A DNA stretch of 64,000 nucleotides. Source: a virus (taxonomy: Duplodnaviria; Heunggongvirae; Uroviricota; Caudoviricetes). Below are positions 16,058 through 26,282 of this stretch, piece by piece. Position 1 is the stretch's first letter, and the number at the start of each line of letters is the position of its first letter. The position numbers and the translations under genes are program-made. The DNA is taken from the IMG/VR virus record IMGVR_UViG_3300012665_001805; one strand, given 5' to 3'. The notes beneath the pieces are model-generated. The model was not told the origin of the DNA and ran no database searches. It worked only from the letters and a program-made list of their open reading frames with translations.

Positions 16058-16369
16058 TTATTCTAATCCATCAAGTAATGCATCATTCCATTCATTTCCT
16101 TCATCATCACCATCTGAATTTAATTCGGTTTTGTCTAAAGTATCAAATGATGCTTTTTGTTTGTTTAGTTTTTCAAAGCGATCAAACTCATCCGGTTCCA
16201 TAATTACCATATCTGTCCAAGTATGGTCTTTTTCACCATACATCATTGGTACTCCTCGTTTTGCTCCTGTTGTTGAACATTCAACACAAGTTTTTGCTGT
16301 TGGTAGTGCTTTTAAACGTAGTGGGTTGATTACCTCTCTACATCTTACACATTTTTTTTCTTCAATCAT
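16058..16369 (-). CDS. DksA/TraR-family C4 zinc-finger protein
   Basis: CVRCREVINPLRLKALPTAKTCVEC = CxxC-x17-CxxC. Confidence 0.5.
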   Translation of the reverse strand: MIEEKKCVRCREVINPLRLKALPTAKTCVECSTTGAKRGVPMMYGEKDHTWTDMVIMEPDEFDRFEKLNKQKASFDTLDKTELNSDGDDEGNEWNDALLDGLE

Positions 16370-16736
16370 ATTTTTTTATGAATTTATATAGTTGGGTTGG
16401 TGTTTTGATAACGTGTTTTTTACCATCTTCATCAACCAAAGGATAAACATCCCCATCTGGTGATATACTTTCAAACACCCACCACAAAATTATTTCTGTT
16501 TTCATCTCACCAAACACCTTAAACATTAACATTTTTATTGAAATGTAAAATGGATTTTCATTGGTTGATTTAATGCCTATAGCTTGTAGCATTGCTGCTG
16601 CTGCCTCAATTTGACATAACTGTTCTAGCAAACCCATAAAAAACTCTTCGTCTTTCTTTTTGGCCGATTTTGGACTCTCCTCTATGGTAACTTTAGAGCC
16701 CAACAATTCGTTTATTTTTTTAAATCTCTCTTCCAT
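16362..16736 (-). CDS. hypothetical protein
   Basis: 124 aa. Confidence 0.3.
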   Translation of the reverse strand: MEERFKKINELLGSKVTIEESPKSAKKKDEEFFMGLLEQLCQIEAAAAMLQAIGIKSTNENPFYISIKMLMFKVFGEMKTEIILWWVFESISPDGDVYPLVDEDGKKHVIKTPTQLYKFIKKYD

Positions 16737-16910
16737 TCCTCTACTGTAAATATTTTTAAAAACTCATTAACGGGCATTTGCTTGATATGTGCTGCTATCA
16801 AAATGGCATCCTCTAAATTGATTGCCTCTAGTTTACCGTGCGGTTCCTTGGTTTTGTCATCCGCGTTATAGTATATATATAGTCTCATTGGGTATGGTGT
16901 GTTAGCAAGC

Positions 16911-18083
16911 TTAATTTTTAATAAGCTCTTGTTGATATTCTATTAAACTAATTATCTCTATGGTAAATATGTCTAACTCAAATTTTCCTACCTCTCCACT
17001 TTCTTGTATAATGCTAGGCATTTGCATTAATAATTGGAAATTTTGTTGGGTCAATTGGTTAGCATCAAATTCAATTATAATGTCGTTTTCACTAATTGGG
17101 TCATTGTTATTTAAAGTAAATACTCGTTTTAATAAATTAAATGATGTATTTTCTTGTTCTCGATCTATATAAATATCAACTATATCTTGATTTTCAATAT
17201 AAATGCGATCACACCATGGTTCTAAAGCAGTTAATAATTGACCCGGGCAATTTTTTACCACGTAAGCAATGTTATATTTGGGTGCAACGATAGGTTCCAT
17301 TAAAGCGGTATGATTCACGTTTGAACCCCATTTACGAATAAATTCTAACGTAGATTTATCCATATCTTTTCTCCACTGTTCATGTCTTTCTTTATCACCA
17401 TCAAAACTACCTGCTCCTCTACCTGTTAAATGATATACTAATGAATTCCAAGGTTGAATAAATTCAAAACCATTTAATTTCATTCGATTAAATACATCCG
17501 AATCTTCTCTACACGAGTGCATAATTGGATCATGTCCACCCATTTCTAAGAATTCTTCTTTATACATCATCCAAGGGGCAAAAATACCATTTGTAATTTT
17601 ATCATCATCGGAATGTTCTTCTACATATTGATCAAATTCATCTTTTTTAAATTCTTCAGGATACATTCCAAAATCAATTAAGATTTTTTCTCCATTATTT
17701 GGGTGTAAAGGTGGTTCGATACGAGTAGCACATATTACTCTTTTTGATTTTAGATGATTATATGCTTTCCAATCTGCATTTTTACCTAACATCATATCAG
17801 CATGGAATATCATGAATACATCTGTTGTTGAATGTTCAATACAGTAATCATATGCTTTTCCAATTCCAAATAAACTTTCACCTAAATTTGGATTAACAAA
17901 ATATTTTAAATTATACTCATCTTTTACTTGCTCTAACCATTCAACTGTTCCATCTTCATCTGAATCAACGAAAACTATAATTTCATGGTCTTTTCTATAT
18001 GCATTTTCTCTAATAGAGGGGATACAAGTTTTAAGGTATCTTAAATTTGATTTACTGGGGATACAGAATGTTATTTGTTTCAT
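16911..18083 (-). CDS. family-2 (GT-A fold) glycosyltransferase
   Basis: N-terminal FCIPSKSNLRYLKTCIPSI...EIIVFVDSDEDGT typical GT2 signature; 390 aa. Confidence 0.6.
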   Translation of the reverse strand: MKQITFCIPSKSNLRYLKTCIPSIRENAYRKDHEIIVFVDSDEDGTVEWLEQVKDEYNLKYFVNPNLGESLFGIGKAYDYCIEHSTTDVFMIFHADMMLGKNADWKAYNHLKSKRVICATRIEPPLHPNNGEKILIDFGMYPEEFKKDEFDQYVEEHSDDDKITNGIFAPWMMYKEEFLEMGGHDPIMHSCREDSDVFNRMKLNGFEFIQPWNSLVYHLTGRGAGSFDGDKERHEQWRKDMDKSTLEFIRKWGSNVNHTALMEPIVAPKYNIAYVVKNCPGQLLTALEPWCDRIYIENQDIVDIYIDREQENTSFNLLKRVFTLNNNDPISENDIIIEFDANQLTQQNFQLLMQMPSIIQESGEVGKFELDIFTIEIISLIEYQQELIKN

Positions 18084-18757
18084 ATTTGAGAATAAGTTAT
18101 TTCTTGTTTAATAATGTTATATTTGTAAAGTAATTCTACCATTTCATCCCAAGGTTGTCTTGGAAAATGTGAATAATCTTGTCCTACTGGTTTAGTGTGG
18201 GTCATGATTATATCATCTATAATGGCGATTTTATCTTGAGGATAACCAAGTAAATGGGCCCATAAATAATCAAATCCCCAACTTGAATAATTTTCATCAA
18301 ATGTTTCGTATACTTTTAATAATGTATCCAAATTAAACATAGGTGCTAATACCTCTACAAAATTAGTATATCGTAATAAACTATTTTTAACAGGTTTAGT
18401 TATTTCATGAGACACATATCCATCCATTGATGGTTGACATATACTTAAATTTCTTTCTTTAGCAAAATCAAACAATCGATTTATTTCACTCGTAGATATT
18501 TTTACGTCATCATCAGGAAGCCAAATATGAGAATATTGTGAGATAAATTCTAAATTATCTTGAATGAATGCTTTAATAAGGGAAAATTTAGTTCCTTTAG
18601 CTGAGTATACGTGTGGGGTATATTTAAGATATGATATAGGAGTGTTAATGTCGTCTCCATAGTATAAGAATACTATATCAAAATTTGGTTCTTGTTGGAG
18701 CCATGTTTCACAAATAGATTTATCTCCTAAGGGTGATATGATTAAATATTTATCCAT
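18080..18757 (-). CDS. hypothetical protein in glycosylation island
   Basis: 225 aa, translationally coupled to flanking genes. Confidence 0.3.
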   Translation of the reverse strand: MDKYLIISPLGDKSICETWLQQEPNFDIVFLYYGDDINTPISYLKYTPHVYSAKGTKFSLIKAFIQDNLEFISQYSHIWLPDDDVKISTSEINRLFDFAKERNLSICQPSMDGYVSHEITKPVKNSLLRYTNFVEVLAPMFNLDTLLKVYETFDENYSSWGFDYLWAHLLGYPQDKIAIIDDIIMTHTKPVGQDYSHFPRQPWDEMVELLYKYNIIKQEITYSQI

Positions 18758-18759
18758 TC

Positions 18760-19551
18760 TTAAATTTCTATGATTTGACTTTCAGGGTATGGAAAATGAC
18801 ATATTCCTTCAATCATTATGTTTTTATGACTACAGTCATGTATAACGTTATCCTTTATAACTTGAAGAAGTATACGATATTTTTCTAATGGAATCAAGTG
18901 TAATTTTGATAAATCATTTCTTTCTACACAATTTTTTAATAAATCCTCACATGACCATCCTTTAATATACTCCCATATTCTTCCATTATAATCAGGAATG
19001 GTTTGAATATATTCATAGGTTTCATCTAAAAATGTTTTATCATTAAGAAAATCTGTTTTAGATACATTAATGAAATAAAAATTTGTTTGTGGATAAAATG
19101 CTTCCTCAATAATTCGTTCAAAATCAAAATCAAAAGGAACCATACCACCATATCCAACTCCATTCATATAATAAAAATCAGCATCACCAACTTCTTTTTC
19201 TAAAATAGAATCTTGAAAAACAACATCATTTGCTCCTTTACAAAGCCATTCTTCATTGTTTTCTTTACACCAATCAAAAATCAAATTATCTAGATCAGTA
19301 TAACCATGGTTATGACCTCGATTTAATTCTGAGTCTATTATGATGCAATCAGGAAAATATTTTTTCCATAATTTAGAATTTTCATTTTGAAATGGTAAAC
19401 CATAATTAGTAGCTACAGCAATTTGTTTAAATTCCTTTAAAACAGGTAAATTATAGAGAATATATGATTCTAACAAATCAATATCATCTTGAGATTTAAT
19501 GTACCCTATTGTACCATAAACCGATTTATTTATTAATTCCTTTAAGAGCAT
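18760..19551 (-). CDS. hypothetical protein in glycosylation island
   Basis: 263 aa. Confidence 0.3.
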   Translation of the reverse strand: MLLKELINKSVYGTIGYIKSQDDIDLLESYILYNLPVLKEFKQIAVATNYGLPFQNENSKLWKKYFPDCIIIDSELNRGHNHGYTDLDNLIFDWCKENNEEWLCKGANDVVFQDSILEKEVGDADFYYMNGVGYGGMVPFDFDFERIIEEAFYPQTNFYFINVSKTDFLNDKTFLDETYEYIQTIPDYNGRIWEYIKGWSCEDLLKNCVERNDLSKLHLIPLEKYRILLQVIKDNVIHDCSHKNIMIEGICHFPYPESQIIEI

Positions 19552-20272
19552 CGTTTAATTTATTTACATTCATTGTTGTATTTCCAGGGGTTTCTGGTGT
19601 TCTAAATGCTACCTCTACTGGAGTGGTTTGGGAAGCTAATTCAAATATGGTTTTTGGTTTAGTCCCTATATTGAATAGTCCAGTATTATTATTTTTTACT
19701 AATTGGATAATAAAATTAGACATAACATCTACATAATCAAAATTACCTGTTTGATCAATCCAAGCTTTATTATATGGGAATGGATTTGGTTTATGTGTTC
19801 CTCTACAAATTAGGTAATTATTTGATTTTAATTCAATATACGCATCACCTAATAATTTAGTATATGAATACCAGTTATTACCATGGATTGGAATATCATT
19901 TTCTGATGCTTCATTTATTGAATTGGTGTAAACATAATCTGTGGATACATGAACTAACTTAATATTCCATAGGTTACAAAAATCAGTTAAATCAGCTATA
20001 CCTTTATAATTTACATTCCAATGTTCTTCTTTACTATTTGAGTAAGTATTTGTATTAGCTATACAATTTAGTATAACATTATATTTAAAAGAAACAGCTA
20101 CTCCATCAAATACATCCATAAAATAATGGAAAAACTTATCGGGTTGGGTTATATCAAATCCATTTTCTTTCCTTGATATAATATCCCAACCCGTTTGTTT
20201 TTGGATTTCTGTTCCTAATAACCCGTTTCCTAAAATTACTACATTCATCCTTCCGAAAATACTTCTATACAA
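19526..20272 (-). CDS. NAD(P)-dependent sugar-nucleotide reductase/epimerase (RmlD-like)
   Basis: N-terminal Rossmann VVILGNGLLG; catalytic YxxxK (YSYTKLLGD). Confidence 0.5.
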   Translation of the reverse strand: MYRSIFGRMNVVILGNGLLGTEIQKQTGWDIISRKENGFDITQPDKFFHYFMDVFDGVAVSFKYNVILNCIANTNTYSNSKEEHWNVNYKGIADLTDFCNLWNIKLVHVSTDYVYTNSINEASENDIPIHGNNWYSYTKLLGDAYIELKSNNYLICRGTHKPNPFPYNKAWIDQTGNFDYVDVMSNFIIQLVKNNNTGLFNIGTKPKTIFELASQTTPVEVAFRTPETPGNTTMNVNKLNDALKGINK

Positions 20273-20446
20273 AGTACATTTTTATCATTTATTAAAATCA
20301 TTCTACCATCTTCAGTAGTTAACTTAGTAAATTGACCTTGTTTGATATACTCAGATCTAATATTTTCAAAGGTTCGTTTTTCACCACCTACAAAGTGGAT
20401 TATTTGAGTTACTACTTTACCTTGTTTTTTAATACTAGATTGTAAA

Positions 20447-21739
20447 TCAGTCATTTTTAAAGTTTTTAATAACAGATTCAATATAATCAAATACCTCTTG
20501 TGTATAGTGAGGAGCAGCTCCAATAAAGAATACTTTATCCAATACTTTATTTGCTTCAGGGTATTTTGATGAATCATCTAAGAAACTATATCCTGGGTGT
20601 AATAAGATGTTACCTGCAAAATAATTTCTTGTTTGGATTTTATTGTCTTCTAGGAATTGAACTAATTTATGTTTTAATCCTTCTTCCTCACAGATGAATG
20701 GTGTTCCAAACCAACATGGATCAGCTTTATCCAATGTTTTAGGTACTCTAAGTCCTGGGATATTGTATGTGAATATTTTTTCTAATGTTTCTTTAGATGT
20801 TTTACGATTAGCTTCAATTTCATCTAATTTTTTCAATTGTTCTATTCCAATAGCACCTTGTAAATCTAATGGTTTTAAGTTATAACCCATCTCAGAGAAA
20901 ACATATTTGTGATCAATGATACCGTCATATGAATCTAACCATTTATCAAATCGTTTACCACAGGTACCACATGATAATAAGTTAGCAGCACCTACACAGT
21001 AACAATCTCTACCCCACCAAGAAATACTAACCATTAATTTCTTTAATGCTTCATCATTGGTACAAACCATTCCTCCTTCACCTGTTGAAATGTGGTGAGC
21101 TGGGTAGAATGAATTGGAGAATGCTACATAATATTCGTTTAAATATTTACCATCCCATTTAGAACCTAAACTATCACAGTTATCTCCTACTAACAAGATG
21201 TTATATTTTTCAGCAATAGCTAATAAACGATCAAAATCCGGTGGATTACCTAATACAGGTGAAACAAAAATTGCTTTAGTTTTTGGTGTGATTTTTTGTT
21301 CAAGTAAATCTAAATCAAAATTTAACGTTTCCCATTCAATATCAATGAATACAGGCTTAAGTCTATGTTGGTGGATTACTGAAATTGTAGTTGCAAATCC
21401 TACAGGAGATACAATGATCTCATCATCATCTTCCCAATTAAATCGGCGTTTTAAGGCGGCTATAAGCACTAAATTGGCTGATGAACCGGAATTTACCATG
21501 TGAGAATATTTGGTATTGAATCGTTTTCCGAATTGTCTTTCAAATTTAAATACGCTTTCTCCAGTTGTAATCCATCTACCATTCAAGAATGAATCCATTG
21601 CGGCTTCAGTTTCTTTATTGTCCCAATAAGGACCAGAATAATAAATAGGGGTTTCACCCGGTTTAAATGTTTTGGCATTGTAAATGTATGGGGATACATG
21701 ATTGCCTACTAATGATTGGATGTTTTCTTTTGAAATCAT
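20447..21739 (-). CDS. DegT/DnrJ/EryC1-family PLP-dependent sugar aminotransferase or 3-dehydratase (RfbH/E1-like)
   Basis: 430 aa; MVNSGSSANLVLIAA, PLP-lysine region, length typical of CDP-6-deoxy-hexulose 3-dehydrase. Confidence 0.75.
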   Translation of the reverse strand: MISKENIQSLVGNHVSPYIYNAKTFKPGETPIYYSGPYWDNKETEAAMDSFLNGRWITTGESVFKFERQFGKRFNTKYSHMVNSGSSANLVLIAALKRRFNWEDDDEIIVSPVGFATTISVIHQHRLKPVFIDIEWETLNFDLDLLEQKITPKTKAIFVSPVLGNPPDFDRLLAIAEKYNILLVGDNCDSLGSKWDGKYLNEYYVAFSNSFYPAHHISTGEGGMVCTNDEALKKLMVSISWWGRDCYCVGAANLLSCGTCGKRFDKWLDSYDGIIDHKYVFSEMGYNLKPLDLQGAIGIEQLKKLDEIEANRKTSKETLEKIFTYNIPGLRVPKTLDKADPCWFGTPFICEEEGLKHKLVQFLEDNKIQTRNYFAGNILLHPGYSFLDDSSKYPEANKVLDKVFFIGAAPHYTQEVFDYIESVIKNFKND

Positions 21740-22605
21740 ATTTTAGATAATATATAGTTTGCTAAATTTTTAGTTGTTAAATTGTTTTTAGTATAATCAA
21801 ATAACTCATTTAATATAATAAAATATTTTTGCTCATCAAAGTTCCCTGCTAAATCTTTAGCTTCTAATAATAATTCCTTAGGCAAATTAGCTAATGTATT
21901 TTTAGGGCAATCTTCTAAACCAACGAAATAAGGAATACAATAATTTCCTAAAATTTCATAGTGTCTCATACAGTCCCACCCTGCTTTTTTCATAGTAACT
22001 CCATAATAAGATTTTTGGTAATCTTCAAAATATGGTTGTTCAGATTTAAAGACATAAGTTTCAGGTTGTCCAGGGATGCATGTAGCGTAGTCTTGTGTTT
22101 TGTTTAAATTAGGGATAGCTAATTTATCAGTTGGGATACCGAATGTGATAGGTAATAAATTTTTATGATCTTCTATTAACTCACGTTTAAAATATAAATG
22201 TTTGTGGTATAAAGGATCTAAATCGGATTCATCATTACCATCAATTAGTATAACTTTATTTGCGGGGTAATGTTTGGAAACTAGATCATAATAGTTTTTA
22301 CAACGTTTAATAGCACCATAAATGATTAAATCATAGTATTGGTCTTTGATTTTTTCTTCAATGTTAGTTCTATCAATATTATTATCTCCAATTAACCAAA
22401 ATGCAGTCATTCCACCCCATAAATTTTGTGTAGGTATTTTACCTTCATATTCTTTATAAAGTGAAACTATTGGAGTACTATCTACTACATCATCACCAAA
22501 TAATTCTCTCAATCCATAAAATACAAGATCGTTTTGATAATCGTTAATAAATCCACCACTAGCTCTAGCTATATCAATGTGATTTGTTATATATAATATT
22601 TTCAT
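21736..22605 (-). CDS. hypothetical protein in glycosylation island
   Basis: 289 aa. Confidence 0.3.
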   Translation of the reverse strand: MKILYITNHIDIARASGGFINDYQNDLVFYGLRELFGDDVVDSTPIVSLYKEYEGKIPTQNLWGGMTAFWLIGDNNIDRTNIEEKIKDQYYDLIIYGAIKRCKNYYDLVSKHYPANKVILIDGNDESDLDPLYHKHLYFKRELIEDHKNLLPITFGIPTDKLAIPNLNKTQDYATCIPGQPETYVFKSEQPYFEDYQKSYYGVTMKKAGWDCMRHYEILGNYCIPYFVGLEDCPKNTLANLPKELLLEAKDLAGNFDEQKYFIILNELFDYTKNNLTTKNLANYILSKI

Positions 22606-22606
22606 A

Positions 22607-23827
22607 TTAAGCTAATTTGAACTTTGGGAATGTTTTAAGATATTCATTTAATACCTTGTCTTCTAATTCTTGATCAATATATGGATTATGATTTTCACTA
22701 GTATAAAGCATTTCTAAAACTGATTTTAGTCTATACTGGATCATTTCTTCTTCATCAATATTTGGGTTGATGTCCATTTGGGTGATTCGTTCTTTCCAAA
22801 ATAGAGGAATTTCATCTAAAGTAAATTTATAATCTGCTCCTAATACATTTGAAGCATAATAATATTCACTTTTTGGATTAATGTTAACCCATCCTTCTTT
22901 TCTGTCATCATATCCATATCTTATTTGAATATTTTTTTCAAAGAATCCTTTTGGAATATCTAATGAAGGGGCTTGATCATTAGTTATACCATGATAAAAA
23001 TATCCATCATAATGTCTAGCTATTTCTCTATAAGGTATAACAATTTTTTGTTGTGGGGTAGGAATATTTAACAATTTATTTCTAATGAAATTTAAATCGG
23101 TAATACCCACTCCATCGATTCTAGGAAGTTCAATATGTCCTGTTTTAAATAAATTAGGAGGATAAAATTTTAAAGCATCATCCCAATTTCCTGTGCAAAA
23201 CCAATCTTCATATAGTTTTTTAGAAATAATATGAATACTATCATAACAATACCCCTCATAAGATACATAATTTTCTTCTAGTTTATAATTTATATTATAA
23301 AACATAGGAGCAACATCTCTATGTGTGTTTGTTGGACCTGCTTTTGCATTTCTCATAAACTCAGACCAATGACTTAAGGATAAAGTTACATAATCATGGG
23401 AATTATCTTCTTTTAATGATGTTAATATACGCTCAAGATATTCTGTTGAATAATCCATCAATACATGATCATGACTACAATAACAATGAACATAATCATC
23501 ATTAATTAATTCATATGTTTCGATCCAGTCTTGTTGAGTAACATTTCGGATATGAGAAAAATATAGGTCAAAATCTTTAAATTCTTCTCTTACATATTTT
23601 TCAAATTCTTCTTTAATTTCTTCAGAAGTATATTCGTCATCCAATTGAGCTTTAATAATAACGCGTTTCCAAGGATATGCTTTAGCAAAACTAGATAAAG
23701 TGTATTTTAATATATCAAGTTTATTATCCTGGATTAGATTACCTCTATCTTGGCTTACTCCATTTGCTTCCCAAGAACCTCCAGTAGCTGATTTATTAGT
23801 TATAAAAGTGTTTACTAAGAGAATCAT
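22607..23827 (-). CDS. hypothetical protein in glycosylation island
   Basis: 406 aa. Confidence 0.3.
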   Translation of the reverse strand: MILLVNTFITNKSATGGSWEANGVSQDRGNLIQDNKLDILKYTLSSFAKAYPWKRVIIKAQLDDEYTSEEIKEEFEKYVREEFKDFDLYFSHIRNVTQQDWIETYELINDDYVHCYCSHDHVLMDYSTEYLERILTSLKEDNSHDYVTLSLSHWSEFMRNAKAGPTNTHRDVAPMFYNINYKLEENYVSYEGYCYDSIHIISKKLYEDWFCTGNWDDALKFYPPNLFKTGHIELPRIDGVGITDLNFIRNKLLNIPTPQQKIVIPYREIARHYDGYFYHGITNDQAPSLDIPKGFFEKNIQIRYGYDDRKEGWVNINPKSEYYYASNVLGADYKFTLDEIPLFWKERITQMDINPNIDEEEMIQYRLKSVLEMLYTSENHNPYIDQELEDKVLNEYLKTFPKFKLA

Positions 23828-23828
23828 T

Positions 23829-24188
23829 TTAAATGTTTATATTTTTTATACCTGTATTTCTTTCTAAATTTATAGCGAATGCTGTTTCTTTTCCATCTGG
23901 TTTAAGATCATTAACTAAATAACGAGCTCCTCCACCTACACCCATGATTAATTGGTCATAGAATATCCCAGCATGTCTTAATTGTTTTTCAGTAACTTTC
24001 CTCATAGATTCTTTTCTTCCAGTAAGAAGAATAATATTATAACCTTTTCGTTCCCATTCAGATAATTTTGAAATAGTACAATCTAATAAAGTCATTTTAT
24101 GGGACGGCAATGTTGCTATTGGTGGTGGGGTATGGGTAACTAAAGTTCCATCAATATCACAAATAATTGTTTTAGGTCTCGTATCCAT
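23829..24188 (-). CDS. HAD-superfamily phosphatase (small, GmhB-like)
   Basis: motif I IICDIDGTLV; 119 aa. Confidence 0.55.
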   Translation of the reverse strand: MDTRPKTIICDIDGTLVTHTPPPIATLPSHKMTLLDCTISKLSEWERKGYNIILLTGRKESMRKVTEKQLRHAGIFYDQLIMGVGGGARYLVNDLKPDGKETAFAINLERNTGIKNINI

Positions 24189-25324
24189 TAAATAAATGTT
24201 ATGTTTGGATTAATATTATTTAAAATATCTTGTTTAATTTCTTCATTATATACTCCTGCTCTTAAAATTACTAATGCTTTTGGAACATCTTTTAAGATTT
24301 TAGGTGATTGAGAAATTAATCTAGTACCATAAAGGCGTTTATTTTCTTTTTTAGAATCATTATCTAATAAACACACTACATTAGAAATATCTAAACCGAA
24401 TGAAATTAAATATTGAGTAAAAACATGAGCCCCAAATACATAAATTGGCATAGATGAATTAGAAATTATATTATTTAAATTATTAACATCGGCAACATGA
24501 GAGTTAATGTAATCTGTAAAGATAGTCTTATTTAGGTCGTATAAATGTTCAGGTAATTCAACTGTTTTAGATTTAGTTGTTTTTTTAGCACAATAAAAGA
24601 TACTATGATCATTTTTAAAATATGATTTTTCTACTAATTCAAAACCGTACTTAGCCAACATATATTCAATATAAGGTTCAGTAAAATATATAGTATGCTC
24701 AAAATTAATACAATTAGTATATTTATTTTTTAACATAACTTCCATATTAGGAACCGAAAATATCAAATTATTCCCTTTCTTCATAAATGAAGATTTATGA
24801 CTTATAAATTCATCCGGGTTATAAACGTGTTCTAAAACGTGAGAGTGGATAACAGTATCAAATTTTTCTTTAGAAGTAAAATTATTATCAAAGAAACCTT
24901 GAATTACATTAACTGGGATATTTTCAGGGATAATAGGATTTGGTTCTATGATGGTCCATTTTAGGTTTGGATTTGTTTGGAGACATTTTTGGGCTAAAAT
25001 ACCATGTAATCCTCCAATTTCTAAAATATTAGTTCCATCAAATTTATTTACAAAATCAGCAAATGCTTGATGGTGTTCGTCCCAAGCTTTTCCTACTGTA
25101 CCCGATCCATGTTCTGAATTATATACTACATCTAATGGTAATAAGGGATTAAGTTGGATAGCTCCTGAGTTTTTACTAATTTTCCAACTCATATCAAATA
25201 GGATATCATCTTTGGGAGCAGAATCAACACATCCCATGAATACTGGGAAATTTGGGAATGTATGTAAATCTTCTAAATCGTTATTATCTAAAATAACATC
25301 ATTATTTCTATTTATAGAGTTCAT
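24188..25324 (-). CDS. class I SAM-dependent methyltransferase (sugar C/O-methyltransferase-like)
   Basis: motif I ILEIGGLHGILAQ; 378 aa with extra C-terminal domain as in NDP-hexose C-methyltransferases. Confidence 0.45.
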   Translation of the reverse strand: MNSINRNNDVILDNNDLEDLHTFPNFPVFMGCVDSAPKDDILFDMSWKISKNSGAIQLNPLLPLDVVYNSEHGSGTVGKAWDEHHQAFADFVNKFDGTNILEIGGLHGILAQKCLQTNPNLKWTIIEPNPIIPENIPVNVIQGFFDNNFTSKEKFDTVIHSHVLEHVYNPDEFISHKSSFMKKGNNLIFSVPNMEVMLKNKYTNCINFEHTIYFTEPYIEYMLAKYGFELVEKSYFKNDHSIFYCAKKTTKSKTVELPEHLYDLNKTIFTDYINSHVADVNNLNNIISNSSMPIYVFGAHVFTQYLISFGLDISNVVCLLDNDSKKENKRLYGTRLISQSPKILKDVPKALVILRAGVYNEEIKQDILNNINPNITFI

Positions 25325-26282
25325 TTAATTTATTTTTTATATTATTTTTAATTTTGTAATCTATTCCTAAAAAATTCATTTTAATATGCTCTATAAAATC
25401 AGGATGAGATAAAACATAATGACCACAGATTTTTATTAAATCTATCTTTTGAGTGAATGGATCAAAATCAGCATTTACCCATTTTTCCCATTTTTTAGAT
25501 TCATAACATATATTAAAAAATGTCTCTAACATTTCAGGATCCTTGATTTCATCCAAATATGTTTGGGTTTCTATTAATCCAAATTCAGGGGCAATATTAA
25601 TAGCATCTAATCCTAAATCAAATTTTTCTTTAATAACGGATACAGGAATATAATCACCATTGTGTTCTTTAGATAATAAGTTATGTTTTTTAGCAACATT
25701 TACCATATCGATTAAACGCTGGCTATCATAATGACCTGTTTGGTTAGTTCCTTTTAATGAAGTACCTGATTGGATTACTAGGAATTTAATTTTGGAGAAT
25801 AATTCTTCTCCTAATTTATCTTTTAAATCATTAACTAAATTATCTAATTCTTCAACCTCAAAACGACGAATTGCTTCTTCTGTACCAACTTCATACAATA
25901 AATCACTATTAAGAGCATCACAATGTTTAATCATGTTAATAGTATATTCTAATCCATCTTCATACTTAGGATATTTTTTCCATGGGTCTATATGAATCAA
26001 ATCTAGATATTTACTATCTACACTTAGAGAATTATAACCATCATCTTCTACTTTTCCTTGTCCTGGACCTGAGTGGTCTCTTTGTAGGGGGATATTTTTG
26101 GATTTGGATTTAACATATTCTGAAAATTCAGAAGTGGACCAATTATGAACATATCCTCGAGTTGATTCTACTTGTCTCCGAGATGGAATCAAGCCTATAC
26201 TATTATTGGTTTCATTACAGAACTCTATAATAGTATCTACAACATTTTTAGACATGGGACCTATAAAAATTTTTGGTGTCAT
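25308..26282 (-). CDS. GatZ/KbaZ-like (tagatose-bisphosphate aldolase accessory-family) protein, tentative
   Basis: N-terminal pattern IFIGPMSKNVVDTIIEF...LIPSRRQVES similar to GatZ N-terminus; weak. Confidence 0.3.
   Translation of the reverse strand: MTPKIFIGPMSKNVVDTIIEFCNETNNSIGLIPSRRQVESTRGYVHNWSTSEFSEYVKSKSKNIPLQRDHSGPGQGKVEDDGYNSLSVDSKYLDLIHIDPWKKYPKYEDGLEYTINMIKHCDALNSDLLYEVGTEEAIRRFEVEELDNLVNDLKDKLGEELFSKIKFLVIQSGTSLKGTNQTGHYDSQRLIDMVNVAKKHNLLSKEHNGDYIPVSVIKEKFDLGLDAINIAPEFGLIETQTYLDEIKDPEMLETFFNICYESKKWEKWVNADFDPFTQKIDLIKICGHYVLSHPDFIEHIKMNFLGIDYKIKNNIKNKLNELYK

Noticed and set aside
20245-20577. 110-aa minus-strand ORF overlapping the 3' end of the RmlD-like gene and the 5' end of the DegT-like gene
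   Set aside because: It overlaps two well-supported genes by >100 nt each and may be a frame artefact. Kept out of the feature list.
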